64,000 nucleotides of DNA from the NCBI GenBank assembly GCA_023515725.1, contig JALDTO010000181.1, positions 62,001 to 126,000 of the forward strand. Reading direction: 5' to 3'. Both the position numbers and the translations under genes were made by a program. The notes under the pieces were generated by a model. It searched no databases. It saw only the letters and a program-made list of their open reading frames with translations, and had not been told where the DNA came from. Origin of the DNA: Amoeboaphelidium protococcarum X5. Taxonomy: Eukaryota; Fungi; Aphelidiomycota. Positions 39,527 to 54,048 of this stretch are shown in pieces (position 1 is the stretch's first letter; every line of letters begins with the position of its first letter).

Positions 39527-42448
39527 ATGACTGTAAACTAATAGCAGGTGTTAACTGGTAGAATCACGTCGCAGTTTCTGGCTCATGCATTTGGCTAAAT
39601 CTCGCTTTGCCGCAATGGCTCTACTGTAATGTCCTGCTCTGACGACTCTTTTATCCACGTCTATTCTGGAGTAGGCGGAAATAACAAGAGCAGTATTGAA
39701 TTTCAATTTGATACTGAAAATAGACAGAGTATTGAATTGGACTCTTATGCTACCTGTATTGACTCGCATGGAGAGTTGGTGGCTTACGGGTGCGATGATT
39801 ATCAGGTGTGTTTGGTTAAGTTAAATGCTTTGCAAGACCCCAAGATTATTCTACGGAGCACTCTGCCTGTGAGAAGTGTCAGGTTCTCACCAGATGGTAA
39901 ACTGCTGGCTGTAGCTTCTGATGACATGTCTCTTCTCCTGTACAAGATTGCAGATGATTCTGTGTAAAAGTTGACCGGTCTCTAAAAGTCTGTGATCCAC
40001 ATGGCTTTCAATCCCCAGTCTTCTATGTTGGCGTGTGCAACATGCGATGGAACCGTCTCTATGTTTAAAATCAATGATAAATCTGGAGATTTATTTCATA
40101 TCACTGGTAAACTCTTCAAAGCTCTGGAACCCGAATCTGATGTCCTGAAAATTGACTGGAGTTCTGATGGGAAGTATATCGCCGTACCTGGCACTAAGAG
40201 CGTTACATTGTTGGATACAATGTAGAATTTCCGTGTGGTCAAGACTTTAAGTAATCACTTTCGCTCTGATGTGAATATTGCCAAATTTTTCAATTCTAAC
40301 TCAGACTTAATTGCTTGTGGTGAAGATGGTGGAAGTGTTCGATTGATATTGATCAAAGATGACTCTGTTCTCAATAGCTTTGAAGGAGAAATGAAGATTT
40401 GCGATATTCTACTGATGCAAAATGGCTCTGATATGCTATTTGCAGACTCTATGGGATAGATTTCGTCTTGGGCTGGTGCTGTAGTTGGCCAAGACCGCTC
40501 TAATGATGCTGTAACTGAAAACTAAGATATTATCGTCTCTAATCAACTCATTGAGAAGGTCCCATCAAAGGAAGTATCTGCAATGAATAAAGTTTAGAAA
40601 CCAGTATTAAATAAGAAGGATGAGCCTATGCATGGTGGCGATATAAGTGACTTGGACAGTGATGCATTTGACGGACTGAGTGATGTGGACGACGTGTCTG
40701 TTCATAGTAGTGTCTCTGAGAAGATAAGAACTAAACCTGTTCTCCAGCTGCGCAGTCCAGTATAAAGTTTTCAGCCAGCCTCAACTCCATTTAAGGATGG
40801 TAAACGCTTTATGGCTTTTAGCATGGTTGGAACAATCGACTCTGTGCAGTCTGATGATTACCAGAGCATCACCATTCAATTTCATGATTTGAGTCAGCGT
40901 CCAATAAACTTCAAGTCCATCTATCCATTCACAATGGCTGCAATGAGTTAGAATGCTGCTCTGCTCGCAGCTAATCGGATAAGCGATGAAGAGTCAGGAT
41001 GTGTTCTGTATTATAAGCCATTTGAAAATTGGTCATAGAATGCGGAGTGGACGTTGTACCTGAGCGCTGAAGAGAAGATTGAATGTATCGGTATCGATTA
41101 GTATATTGTTATTGCTACCAACAAGTATTTGAGAATCTTGACTTTGAGTGGTCTCGAACGATTCATATTCTGCATTCCTGGTCAGGTGGTATCATTATCT
41201 GTGAAGAATGATGATTTGATGTTGGTATACTTCAATGGTTCATACAAATGTCAGTTGAAGAACCTATCGTACCAGGACTCATTAGTGGTTGATGTTCCTA
41301 TAAAGCCTGCTCAAAGTATTATGTGGCTTGGATTTAGCTCTTCCCTGCGTCAACCTGGCATTTACACCGATGATGGTCTTTTACTAGCATATATCGCCAA
41401 GTTTAATTAATGGTGTCCGCTTTTGGATACATCATTTTATTCAAAGGACAAGACTGATTTTTACTGGCCTATTGCATTCGATGACAAGTGTCTTTCTGTG
41501 GTTATCTGTAAAGCTGGTGATAAGTATCCACGTTTCCCTAAACCGATTGTAAGTGAGCTTGATCTGAAGTTGCCTTTAATGGCTCAAGATTCTAGTCAAT
41601 TCGAGTAGAATTATCTTCTCAATTTTGTTGTATTAGATGAGTCTCCTGACTCTGATAACCACATTATGGTTGCCGACATGGACAAAAGTTTGTTGCAAAT
41701 GCTGCAAGTCGCAGCCAAGGCCAAGAAAGTGAACCGCTGTGTTGATTTATGCAAGCTGTTGAGTTTGGACAAGTCTTTGGAGATTGCTTACAAGTTGTGC
41801 CAGAAACTCAAGTTGGACAACGTGTGTCAGAAGGTGGAATAGTAGTTACAGCAGAGATAGATGCGCTAGATGGAAGTCGAGACAGCGCCTGTTTAGATGG
41901 AACCTACCATAAGGGATATGCCGCCAGATCAGCAGTATGATGTTCAACAGCAAGATCAAGTCGTCGTCGACGTACAACCTTTTGTCAGATAAAAGCTGAA
42001 GCCGACGTTTACGCCTAGAAAGTAGAATAATGAAGATATATTTATGTCTCCCGCAGTTATACCTAGTGATCAGTTGATGGACAAGGTTGCTCCTCCTAAT
42101 CCATTTAAGCGGAAGCAAGACTCTAGTCCCGTTAATGGTAAGGAGATGCACAGTGATAACATGTTCTCGAATGTATTTGCACGAAAGTAAAAGCTTGAAT
42201 AGAAGGTCAAGGGAGAAGTTGCCGCTGCTGCTGGTGGTAATGGTACCATGGCGAATGGTGTTAGCAATGATTAGGCAATGAAGAAGCGAAAGATGGCCGA
42301 ATAGAGAATGCTGAGTTTTGGCGTTGTTTAAAAAGTATTACCCGCTGTGGACGATGTCAAGCCCCACGTCAGTAATGAAAACGTCGCCTTCTCAGTGCCC
42401 AACTCTCAAGATTAGACAGTTGATAGTGTCGATAATTCTCGTGAATGA
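39527..42448 (+). CDS. CTF4: Replisome hub Ctf4/Mcl1/WDHD1 (WD40 plus SepB domain)
   Basis: 973 aa with N-terminal WD repeats (LPVRSVRFSPDGKLLAVASDD), FQPASTP..RFMAFSMVG, YLRILTLSG and YWPI. Confidence 0.9.
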
Positions 42449-42488
42449 ATAGTGTGAAATTTATTTATTAATATTGACATCATTATCA

Positions 42489-43361
42489 TCATTATATTTA
42501 TATCAACTATCTGCGAATCTTACCTAATAATATATTGCTTCGACTTGTTTCATGCAATGAATTTGAGTCATTCTAGGTGTTCCGAGACTATATAAAGTCA
42601 GCATCAGCATGATTAATACCGTACAGATGATGTAGGAGACTATCTTTTAGATTATATAGCTAGGTGTCAATGTATTCAAGTGAGTCAGATATCAATAGTT
42701 GAGCTAACATTTTATATTCGACAAACGGATTCAATGGCAGGTTGTCAATGACTGAGTGTGCAAATTAGACCATCTGTCTACGACTAGACTCTTTACTGGT
42801 ATCGACATCATTAGCTGGTTATATTTCTTCATAGATTAAGTCTATATAAACTTCCGATATCGATTTCAATTGCAGTAACACCTCCATTAGTTCTCTGGAT
42901 GGATTCACAGAGTAAATAACATCATACGGGAAGGCGCCTGAATCTTTCAGCATTGCATCCAAAACTAAATCTTCAAAGACCTGATATTTAATTTATACGT
43001 GTGAGTTCTAGTAATGTTCCTGCATTGATGCGATGATATCATAATTTTTAGACGGGTTCATCAGAACATCAATGGAGACGTTACTGATGGCGCCACTCTA
43101 AATGTAATCCAACTTGAGACATGCTCCAATGGCCAGACTCTCATAGCATGACAGATCTAATATATTTCTAATATCATTTGGCATTTACAAAGGAGCTGGA
43201 GGTGCGGTATTTAGGTAAACTTTATGCAAAAAACTACTCCATAAAACTCCTCTCATTATGTAAATGATAGTGATCACAGTTACCGCCGTATGCAACTTGA
43301 TCATCCAAGAAGTATAACTGTCATTGTCCTTAGAGGATATGACATTATACTTTCGAACCAT
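42489..43361 (-). CDS. Hypothetical protein, possibly the 3' part of a frameshifted gene
   Basis: 290-aa ORF with TAR=Gln. Codon-like sequence continues upstream to about 43600 in another frame. Confidence 0.4.
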
Positions 43362-43700
43362 AACTTTATAAGAATACTCTTAGTTGTATTATACTATCTG
43401 AAGTTTTTAGTTTATTAGGGGAAAGAGTAAGATATCAAAAAGAGCCCATTGCTGTTAGTGGGATGAATAATCATCAAACTATAGGACAAAGGTGATCCAA
43501 GAAGTGTCAAACTGAAATATTTGATCGCTCAATCGAATCTGCTCTTACTGCACACTATAGGAACGCTGACCGAGATCAAATGATTGTAATAGTTACGTGT
43601 GTGCTCGTTCGCTTAGACGAGGTTCTTTTCCCCCTGTCACCGCTCATTAACATCACCAAGACTTAACTAAGTTTGTGAGAAATTAATATCACCATAAATA

Positions 43701-44066
43701 ATGTCAGATCTGGAGACTAAATTTAAGAAGGCTGCGTACTTGATCAGAAATGGTCCACCGAGAGCTGATACTTCTAATGAAGAGAAGTTGAAGTTTTACT
43801 CGTACTACAAGCAGGCCACTGAAGGTACGTTTGTTTGCTAGTACACGTTAAATGTATCTACTATTTTCATCTTTATTATAAGTGTAGGTGATGTGCAGGG
43901 AGCTTAGCCTTGGGCTGTCTAGTTGGAGGCGCGCGCCAAGTGGGATGCCTGGAATGAGTTGAAGGGAATGTCCAAGTAGGATGCCATGCAGAAGTATGTT
44001 GATCTGGTGGCAAGTGGCGACGCGAACTGGGAACAACACGAAGTTTTGAAGAACTTCAGCGGTTGA
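43701..44066 (+). CDS. ACB1: Acyl-CoA-binding protein
   Basis: join(43701..43824,43888..44066) with [39 protein letters not shown]. Confidence 0.95.
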
Positions 44067-44206
44067 GTTGATTCATTCAATAGGCGCGTCTATGAACGGC
44101 GATCATATGGCTGATAGCAATGGAAATAATTGAACAAAAATACAATACTCAATTCTCATTTATACTAAGTCCTAATTTTACATTTAAATTTCATAAAACT
44201 GATAGT

Positions 44207-45307
44207 TCACTATTCACTTTGCATGACCAGCGAACTCTTTATAGGATCATCTGAAGTGTACTCTTTATTAATCTTGAGACTCTCATCAACTGCGGCAGAT
44301 TCGCCATCATCCAGCTTATCCAAAGCATCATCTTCCATCTACCATTTAGGTAACATTGAACTAACTTGCGCATTATCTGCAAGAGTTGGCTTATCATCCA
44401 CCATAGCAGAATCACTACTGGAAGCAGCAGCAGAAGTAGAGGAAGTAGCAATGATCGCAGGAGAAGATTATGGCATGGCTGCAAAAGACTTGCGACTTAG
44501 GAGAAGAGCTTTCAGACTCTTAATCTCACTCTTCACTTCATTAACTTTCAACACGACATCTTACGCGTCAAATTCACCAACATAACTGTTAATGTTGTTA
44601 TTATTACTAACAATCTATCTCTCAATCAGATCGGATAGTGATGATTGCAATTAGGTAATTTAAGACTCCAACTGCGTTTTAATCTAGTTTTGAGTCTACG
44701 CAATATGACGCTCCATAGCCTTGTCAATCGCAGCCTCCCACTTCTGCTCTACATCCAAACTGGCGGAATCCTTACCTTCTGTCAATCTCATCCACTGAGG
44801 CAGTGACTACCCAAAATACTTTTATACCGCGTGGTAACCAGCAACAGCCAGAGATGAAGCAAATGCAGATACAATAAACATATCAACCCACATTCTGGCG
44901 CGGCTGTTGTACAAAGAAGGTCCCGGGTATGGATGAACCATAGCAGCAGCATTAGATGGATATTGAGGCAATGGAGGCGGCTGAGATGACGCGTTATAAG
45001 ACTGAACATTACTCTGCTCAGAATTCGCGGACGGAGACGACTAGGAATATACAATCTTCATCACTTGCTAAATGTCATCCGGAGATAGACCTTTAGATTC
45101 TAGGAATGCCATCTTCTTGGCCATGGGAGCATTCGACACTTTTGGATCGAGCATAAACTTGACTGCAGCATCTACCAGGCCCTGCTTGTTCAATGTTGAT
45201 TGAGGTGCAGGCACTTGCTGATTCGATTCTTATTTCACTTGATTTGTCTCTCTCGGTGCTTTATCAACTCCAACAGAAGCGTCTCCCGACTTGTTAGATT
45301 CACTCAT
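44207..45307 (-). CDS. PEX14: Peroxisomal docking protein Pex14
   Basis: 366 aa with LVDAAVKFMLDPKVSNAPMAKKMAFLESKGLSPDDI, a TM span, a coiled coil ending SEVKSEIKSLKALLLSRKSF, and LPKWQ. Confidence 0.9.
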
Positions 45308-45614
45308 CTTTATACGACACAATTTCAATAGTCCTTTAACACAGTTGCTTCAGTTAATAATAAATACAGAAGCAAGGAAAACGCGCGTCTCTCTTCTCTT
45401 GCTCTCTTTCTCACTTCTCACCGTTATTGCGCCCGACCTGTCTGTCTCTCAATCTTTGCTGTCCTCTCTTTCTTTCTCGCCTGGTTGCTGTGAGAGGTTT
45501 TCCAATTGTTTTCTTTTAATACTTTCTTATTTCACTGTGGTATAAAGAACTTTTCTGTTTTATTAGAAATATTTCAACTTTTAGAGAAGGAAACGCGTGT
45601 ATATCAGTATTATA

Positions 45615-46526
45615 ATGGCATCTAATAGGAGGAATACAGGATTGGAGAGTACCACTGCGTTGTATAAACATGTAATCAGTGAGGTCTGTGAGAAGGTGCA
45701 AGGTGAGTTTATCAACGCGGGAATTGATGAGAGTGTCCTGCATGACTTGAAATGGCTATGGAAACGGAACGTGGCAAAGAGTCAGTGTTGCGCTCATGAG
45801 CAAGAAGCTGCTGATGAATTTGCCGAGTTTGGCTTCAAGATTGAAGAGTTGAAGCCATAATAATAATTATAATAATCAGAGTCGGAAGATCAAGATGAAC
45901 AGTAAAAGTCGATGTCATAACAGCAATAGGCTCAAGATGACGATGATGATTTATCTCCTATCACTGATGATGAATAGCCGGCAGAGTAGTAGTCATAAAG
46001 CACAGCGGACTAGGGAATGCTATAGTTCTTACCTCTCACATCTACGAACTAATAACAATCTACTGGTGGTAGCAATAAAACGAAAGAGAATGCATCCTCT
46101 TCATCCAAGAGAAAGAGAGCAGCAGCTGATGATGTTGATGATGATGATGATGATAATAATAAGAAGAGCAATGATCAACCGCAGAGTAAAAAGACTTAAA
46201 ATACTTCCAAGCTTGACGCGTAAAAACAGAATCTGGATGAAGTTGATCTCGGATCTGATTTGGATGACAGCTCCGATCAAGAGGAAGATTATGCTGATGA
46301 CAATTCATCTGGTTAGTAGAGTGGAAATGTCGCTTAGTCTGGTAATAGCAGTGTTGTGGGTGGAGTAAAAAAGTCCAAATCTCAACCCGCCGGTCTCATC
46401 CTGTGTCAATACGATAAAGTTACCAGGAGTAGAAATAAGTGGAAGACGTAACTTCGTGATGGTGTAGCTAATGTCAATGGTCGAGATTATGTTTTCAGCA
46501 GAGCCTAGCTGGAATTCTAATTCTGA
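45615..46526 (+). CDS. TOA1: TFIIA large subunit
   Basis: 303 aa with YKHVISEVCEKVQGEFINAGIDESVLHDLKWLW and LILCQYDKVTRSRNKWKTQLRDGVANVNGRDYVF. Confidence 0.93.
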
Positions 46527-46670
46527 TTTGAGGTTGAGAATTCGTAATGATAACTCTTGCTCAATAATACTCGGAAGCCTTTAAATAAATAAATCAATTT
46601 CATCATTCATACAAAATTACAATCGCTCAATTGTTACTACAAGCAAGCAACCATTCAGTCAGCCAATTGA

Positions 46671-47126
46671 TCAATCCAGCTTTTCTAAACTGGTCAGTCT
46701 TTGTATGATATTTCTCTTACTAGTCTCACACATTTCACCAGCTAGAAATATTTCATCCAGAATGGCGTACACTTTCCAAAAGTTAAACAATAGATCCAGT
46801 TCACACACATTGCCAAAGAACTCATCCAGCACCTCGACGAATAGATGGATCGCCTCCAAGTAGGCCAATTCATTAACACCGAGTTGTGGTGCATTAGGAG
46901 AAGGTGATATGCAGAGAGTGAAGTACAGGCCGGCATATCGTCTATAGACCAGTTCATAATTACGAAACTCTACAAAGTTACTCTGACTCTTGGAATCTCT
47001 CAGTGATATCACTCGGTGCACTTCAGCCTTCAATTTACTCTTCTCATCCTCGCTATAACTGGCATACCATTTCTCCAGTCTCGCCTTTCCCTGTCTATTC
47101 TACACAAGCACAAATCTAATCGTCAT
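46671..47126 (-). CDS. APS2: AP-2 adaptor complex sigma subunit
   Basis: 151 aa with IRFVLVQNRQGKARLEKWY, NFVEFRNY..YRRYAGLYF and NELAYLEAIHLFVEVLD..FGNVCELDL. Confidence 0.93.
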
Positions 47127-47515
47127 ACTATTAGTTTTTGTTAATTATTAGATAGAGATTGATTAGGGATGCGAGAAATGTTGAGAGAAACACGAATGAA
47201 ACGAGAAAAATCACTTGAGGTGATCAGGGAGATTTTAAAATTTTAAGATGGAGAGTTATAGTTACAGTAATGTTTGCTGTGATTATGGTAATACCGGAAG
47301 TAGAGTCACTAGTATTTATAGCAGTGACAATATTGACCACTCGATTTTGAGCTTGACGCTAGAAGACGGGAGGTTCTAATCATGTGCGTTGAAGCTTCAA
47401 CATCAACTCAATACGCGAGTTGGAAACAAAGTCAATCGAAAGGTAGTCAATGAAAATATTGCTAGATATATATATTAAAACTTATACGGAGAGATAACAG
47501 TGCACAGTAATATGC

Positions 47516-48613
<1,098 letters not shown>

Positions 48614-48869
48614 TGTATATTAGTATACAATTGCTCTGACAATGTAGCAATATCAACGAGAAAGTGTTTCTAATGTGATGATTACTATAGAATGAGCTTT
48701 TAAAAAACAAACGAAAGTAAGCGGAAATTCTGTATCGCTGAGAATCAAAGTGGTCTCTGAAGTAAGATCAAGAGACACATTTATTGATGACGTAATAATA
48801 TATTCTGAAAAACTAAATCTTAAAAACATCAAATCACAGCCAACCACCAGTATATTTAACAAGTGCTGT

Positions 48870-49583
48870 TCACTGCAGGAGAGAGCGAGCGAATTGATCA
48901 CGAACGTTGACGAACGCATCACGCAGACTGCCTTCGTTCAAACCTTCGCGCAGAATGTTACGCAACGACCCGCCTGAACCTCCACCATCAGTTCCACTGC
49001 CAAGTACATCTCCCGTCTTTCTAATGGCACGTTGAGCAATAACTTGTGGATCAGACTCTAGGAACACACCGCTATCTACAGTCTCATCAACTACCAAGAA
49101 TACGGAGTCCAGATTCTCCATCACAGTTCTCTTTTCAATCTAACCACGTAAGACTTGAGCCAAAGCACCGGATATCACCTCTAGCACACTGCCCACCAGG
49201 AGTTCATTTTCATTCGACGCAGCGATAATATGGATAGATACATCGGAAAAGTTTCTATACACAGTCATGTACTGAGAATCAATCAGAGTCACATCGCCTG
49301 ATGGAGAGTTGGCAAGAGCGGCCGCTTTGGGATTGAGGTTGTGCTTGATAGAGGTCTTTTCGAAGAGCAGCTTCTCAAAGGCTTTCTAATCTTTGCCGGT
49401 CGATAAGCTGGTGGCCTTGCCTTATTATTACGTCTGAGCAGGTTAAGCCGCAACAGGGTGATTATAGTACTTGGCCAAGATCCTCTTACCATCCAAGTCC
49501 ATGAATATTATCGCCTTCACTAGATACAGAGTGAAGTTGGTATTCTTCAAGAATGCAGACTACTACGCTGATGGAGCCACCAT
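48870..49583 (-). CDS. RET3: Coatomer zeta subunit
   Basis: 237 aa with LYLVKAIIFMDLDGKRILAKYY, NELLV and MENLDSVFLVVDETVDSGVFLESDP. Confidence 0.92.
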
Positions 49584-50084
49584 ATTTATTTTGTAAATGT
49601 AAGTGTTTTTAAACTTTCAGAGTACCAAGATTGGAATTACAACAATCAGGTTCACACAAGAATTAAAAGGGACGAAAAAAGTAATAAGCACGAAGAATCA
49701 CAAATGTTTATGGAGTAGAAGTAACTAATAATCGCGTATTGTTTTGCGATGAGTTTATTAAACATGGCGTGGATATATTGTATTCTTTTCCAACGAAACT
49801 CATATCTGTTGTCCACCACTGCATCGTTCGTGTGAAATGTCATAGCTACCACTGTTGCCGCAGACATTGATAACATCCAATCAATGGGGGGTGGCAACAA
49901 ATTGGCGTATCCACGTCGTATTTTTAACACTCTTTACAACTCACGCACGCCACATGTAGTGGTACCTTTCTTCGCCGATCATACTCTCACGCTGCTTATC
50001 TTAATTAATAACTAGCACACTCACATAAGACCAAATTGTGACTCTCCAATTAGAAGCCCCCTACTAACGATCGATCTTATAACT

Positions 50085-51278
50085 ATGAAACTATCTTTGA
50101 TTGCAATTCTGTTGTCTCTATTCGCTGGTGATTCTCATGCGCTAATTGAACCATAAGCTGCCTTGACTGATATGTTCAAGTTCAGCTCTAACTTTACTGC
50201 TCCAAAGTTTGGAGATAAACTGAAGGCTGCCCTGGGGTCTTTTACTGATGATGAACGCGACACTGGTATTGAAGGCAGAAGTTTCTCGTCGGTTGACGTT
50301 AATGATGATCGCATTCGTATCAAGTCCGACTCACGGGTAAAGGTGGGTAAGCAAAAGTCCTTTAGTCGTGTTGATGTTGAATTCTCTACCAAGAGTAATC
50401 TGCCACGCTTCTTCTATAGGTACTTGGCAAAAGAGTCTCAGACTACCGCAAACTTTGCCTCTCGCATTGCTTTCTTACGCCTGGTTGAGTTCAATGACAC
50501 CATTACTCTAGGTGCCTCTAGCCGTGTGTTGAACTTCCGTGGAGATAGCTCCAACTCTGGCTCTGGATCTGGCATTGGACGCTCGTGGTCCAAGTTCACT
50601 GATCAGAAGGGTAACAAGAAATTCGCTTACCAGAATGGTACAATTCAGACTGCTCAGACCTCACTGGTATTTGAGAATGATATTCAGTGGGGCAATCTGA
50701 ATGTTACGGTGAAGGCATTCATTGCCGATATGCCTGCCACGAACTTCAGTGATCCCGACTCTGGAACCAACAATGTAGCATTGAATCCTAATGCCATCAA
50801 GTGGAGTGTTCTGATAAAAGACTTTCCGTACAAGTATGAGAACTCAAAGGTTGCTCTGATAATAGGATTTTTTGAGCGTGACAATTCTATCAGCATGGAC
50901 AGCTAGGCGGCAGCTATTGTAAATATTGGTAGCAGTGGTGGTGTCTTCTCTTGGAACACTTCTGTGGTTGCAGATGGTCAGTTGAAACCTATTCAAGTCA
51001 GCTCGCTGTACACTAATTCTACTGATTCTGCTGCTTATGCAGATATTGTCGTGACATCAGGAGATGGAAGCAGCGCTGAATCTAAGTATCTATCCTCAGA
51101 GACGTCCAAGAACGGAACATTTGTTGCATTCGTGTTTCCAAAGGCCGACTCCTTGATTTGGGATCCTGAAGTTGCGTACTATGGCAGTGCATCTGCAACC
51201 AGTGATGCGTCGAGTTCTGTTGCCTCTAGCTCCATGTTAATGGCTGGACTTACTCTAATTTTCGCACTCATCCATTGA
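50085..51278 (+). CDS. Secreted, probably GPI-anchored surface protein of unknown family
   Basis: 397 aa. Signal peptide MKLSLIAILLSLFAGDSHA, several N-x-S/T sites, and a Ser-rich omega-like region before a hydrophobic C-terminal tail. Confidence 0.75.
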
Positions 51279-51600
51279 TTGCATACTTTGTTGGTTCGAT
51301 GTTATTATCTAGTATTTTAATGACGGAAAAGAATAAAAAATATGAATGAGAACTAGGCGAATAGTTTGATGATGAAAATGATGATATATAAATATAAAAA
51401 TGTTTTGTTTTAACCATAAGTAGCAGTTGTTTTAAGATTCGAAAGATCATTTTTATAGTTGTTTTCACGTTGCGCGCATTGTTTTCTTACATTCTCTTTC
51501 GCGCGTTCTCTGGGCTTTCACTGGGACACCTCTTCTTCTACGTCATTGTCCTGAATTTTCGGAAGTTGAGATACCATTTTTTATAAGGAACTCTTAAGCA

Positions 51601-52273
51601 ATGCCTAAAGTTACTAGATCTACAACAGCAAAGGCCGCTTCTAAAGAAGTGTCTCCTATTATCAAGGCTGCAGTGAATAAGGTGCAAGGAACTACCTCAC
51701 AAAGTTCTGATGTAAAGAAAACCGCTCCAGTAAAGAAAGCCGCTGTGCCTAGTAATGGTTTAACAGTCGGCGATAAGGCACCCGCTGACTTGCCAGTAAC
51801 TGATGATACAGGAAAAGAAATGCCACTGGGTGACATCTGGAAGAGTAATGGAGTGATCATTTTTTTTTATCCAAAAGCGAATACTCCTGGATGCACCACC
51901 TAGGTAAATCTTGCATCTTCTGTATCACCTGATCATGTCTGTGATTGCTAACTACTTCAGTTCTGTGTAGGCTTGTGGTTTTCGCGATAATTTCGAATCT
52001 ATCAAGAAGAAGGGATATCAGATTTACGGCATGTCTGCTGACAGTGTTAAATCTCAAGCGAATTGGAAAACGAAGCATAACTTTTAGTATAATTTGCTGT
52101 CTGACCTGTCCAAGGATCGTAGCGCCTTGAAAGCTCTTGGCGTAAACAAGGCCGCGTCATCAATCTCGCGTTCTCACATCATTATCGGTAAAGGTGGTGT
52201 AGTTGAGCAAGTGGCATATGGCGTGTCTCCTAAGGATAGCGTTTCGGGTGCGTCTGAATTTGTTGGTATTTGA
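51601..52273 (+). CDS. DOT5: Peroxiredoxin Q/BCP (Dot5-like)
   Basis: join(51601..51903,51971..52273) with [20 protein letters not shown] spanning the intron (Q=TAG). Confidence 0.92.
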
Positions 52274-52659
52274 TTCTCATGTGACAGCAGGTTGATTTAC
52301 TGTATAGCTGAATTCTATTTCGTGATTTTTGTTTTAGAATGTAGCTTCGATTCGTTGTCTATCGCTTATTTATTTATTTCTTTGCCCACTCCGTTGCTGT
52401 GAGATGGCTCCTTTGCATCAAGCAGTACACTGTTCGACGCTATTGCTTAAATCAGAGCGACCGCGGGTACCCTCGATTGCATCCAAAAGCCACTCAGCGA
52501 ACATGCTCATAAGGGGCACGCAAGGTAGCGACTTCCAGTCCAATCACGAGTGTTAGCACGTGTGTAAGAAGCCAAATCAAGGGTTCACTGTAGCTTTCGA
52601 ACAACTCTCTAATTTTCTTTTAGTTTTACCTATTTAAAGCAACAAGAAGACTAAAACGT

Positions 52660-54048
52660 ATGAAATCCATTTTGATATACGTGTACACAATTTTGCCTAT
52701 CGTATATATTGCGAGTGCCGCCAATATGAAGATTGGCCATTGGAAATTGCTCGATATGCCCCTGACGCTGGAGGGAACATCGCCAGGTAAATTATATCAA
52801 GGCCACTTGGAGGTCAGCCTTGATTTGAGTATTACTGCAGGCGTTAAAGCTATTTGATTCGAAATTGCTAATGCGGCCTAGATATTGGCTTTTCCAATAG
52901 CTGTTCCAGGACTTGGTGCTTTACTTATTCCACCAGGGTGTGTGGAGTATGTTTAAAGTATACGGTCTCCGGTAATTTATCATCTGAACGCAAAGTAATA
53001 TTCTGTGCACTAGAGTTCTGATATAGGCGGAGTCAATGGGAAAATGTTGCGACATGTTTCTGAAAACAAAAGATTTCAAAAGCATTATGTCGGCCGTAAT
53101 TAAAATGGCGAAATGTTTCAAAAATCATCCGCCTTTTGCAACTCGCTATCTCATGTATACATTCTGTTAGACTTTGCTGATGAATACGCTTAAGAAAAGA
53201 CTCTGGACAGGTTTATGCTAAATTTTGGTTCTTTATGGGGAAAGTACAATATCAACGTTGATTTCGCGCCTCTCTCTGAATATCCTGCTGGTTTCAATGG
53301 CTGGCAATATGAGGCAAAGCGTAAGGAGTCTTTAATTACGCATTTTGAAAATCTTTAGTAAGTATTTGCGTTCGAAAAGCTACCCTTTACCGCGTCGAAT
53401 GATAAATTTGATCTGACCAATCTTTTGCAAGGTCGTCCATATGTTCTGTTTCGCTTTGCATTTTAAAAATTGTAGGGGGACAATTTGCAGAGGAAAGCCC
53501 ATCACATGCAATTGGCTTTATTTGATTTTGGCTTTAAGGAAAAAGAGTAAAGGATATAGAGCATTGCTCATAATCGTTGGACGATCTTCAATGGCGACGT
53601 GTCAGTGGAAATCAGCCAAGCCTTCTTCAAAGCTTCGCACTTTTTCCAACTTTTGTGTTCTCAGCAGCCTGATTGTTCGCTATCTGGTGTTTTATCTTCT
53701 GACTTTCTGGATCTGCTTTTAATTGATTTTCTGTAAGGATATCATGAGAATAACTAATTTCTATGGCCTGCATAGGCTTCTCTGGAATTTATAGTATAAT
53801 TGTTGGATACTATGGAGTACATCATGCTGGATTTGTATACTTATAAAAATATGGCTAATTTAGTAGTCTCTTTTGTGAAGACATAGAAGGGAATGGTTTA
53901 GCCGCTGCTACTTACAATCTCTGGTCTGTCTTTTTACAAAGAGTACGTGAAGAATGCGTTGTCTGCGGAAGTTCGTTAACAAATTGAGCATATTATTCGC
54001 AATCACAAATAAGATTTTGAGTATAGACTGCTCATTAGCGATCAATGA
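52660..54048 (+). pseudogene. Signal-peptide protein (candidate effector) interrupted by one in-frame TGA
   Basis: 462-codon frame with a single internal TGA at 52855-52857; the N-terminus MKSILIYVYTILPIVYIASA is signal-like. Confidence 0.55.

Noticed and set aside
52395-52610. GC-richer intergenic patch with a TGTTCGA/TCGAACA inverted pair as an ncRNA or MITE
   Set aside because: A 7-bp inversion alone is insufficient; no snRNA/tRNA signature and no second copy in the window.
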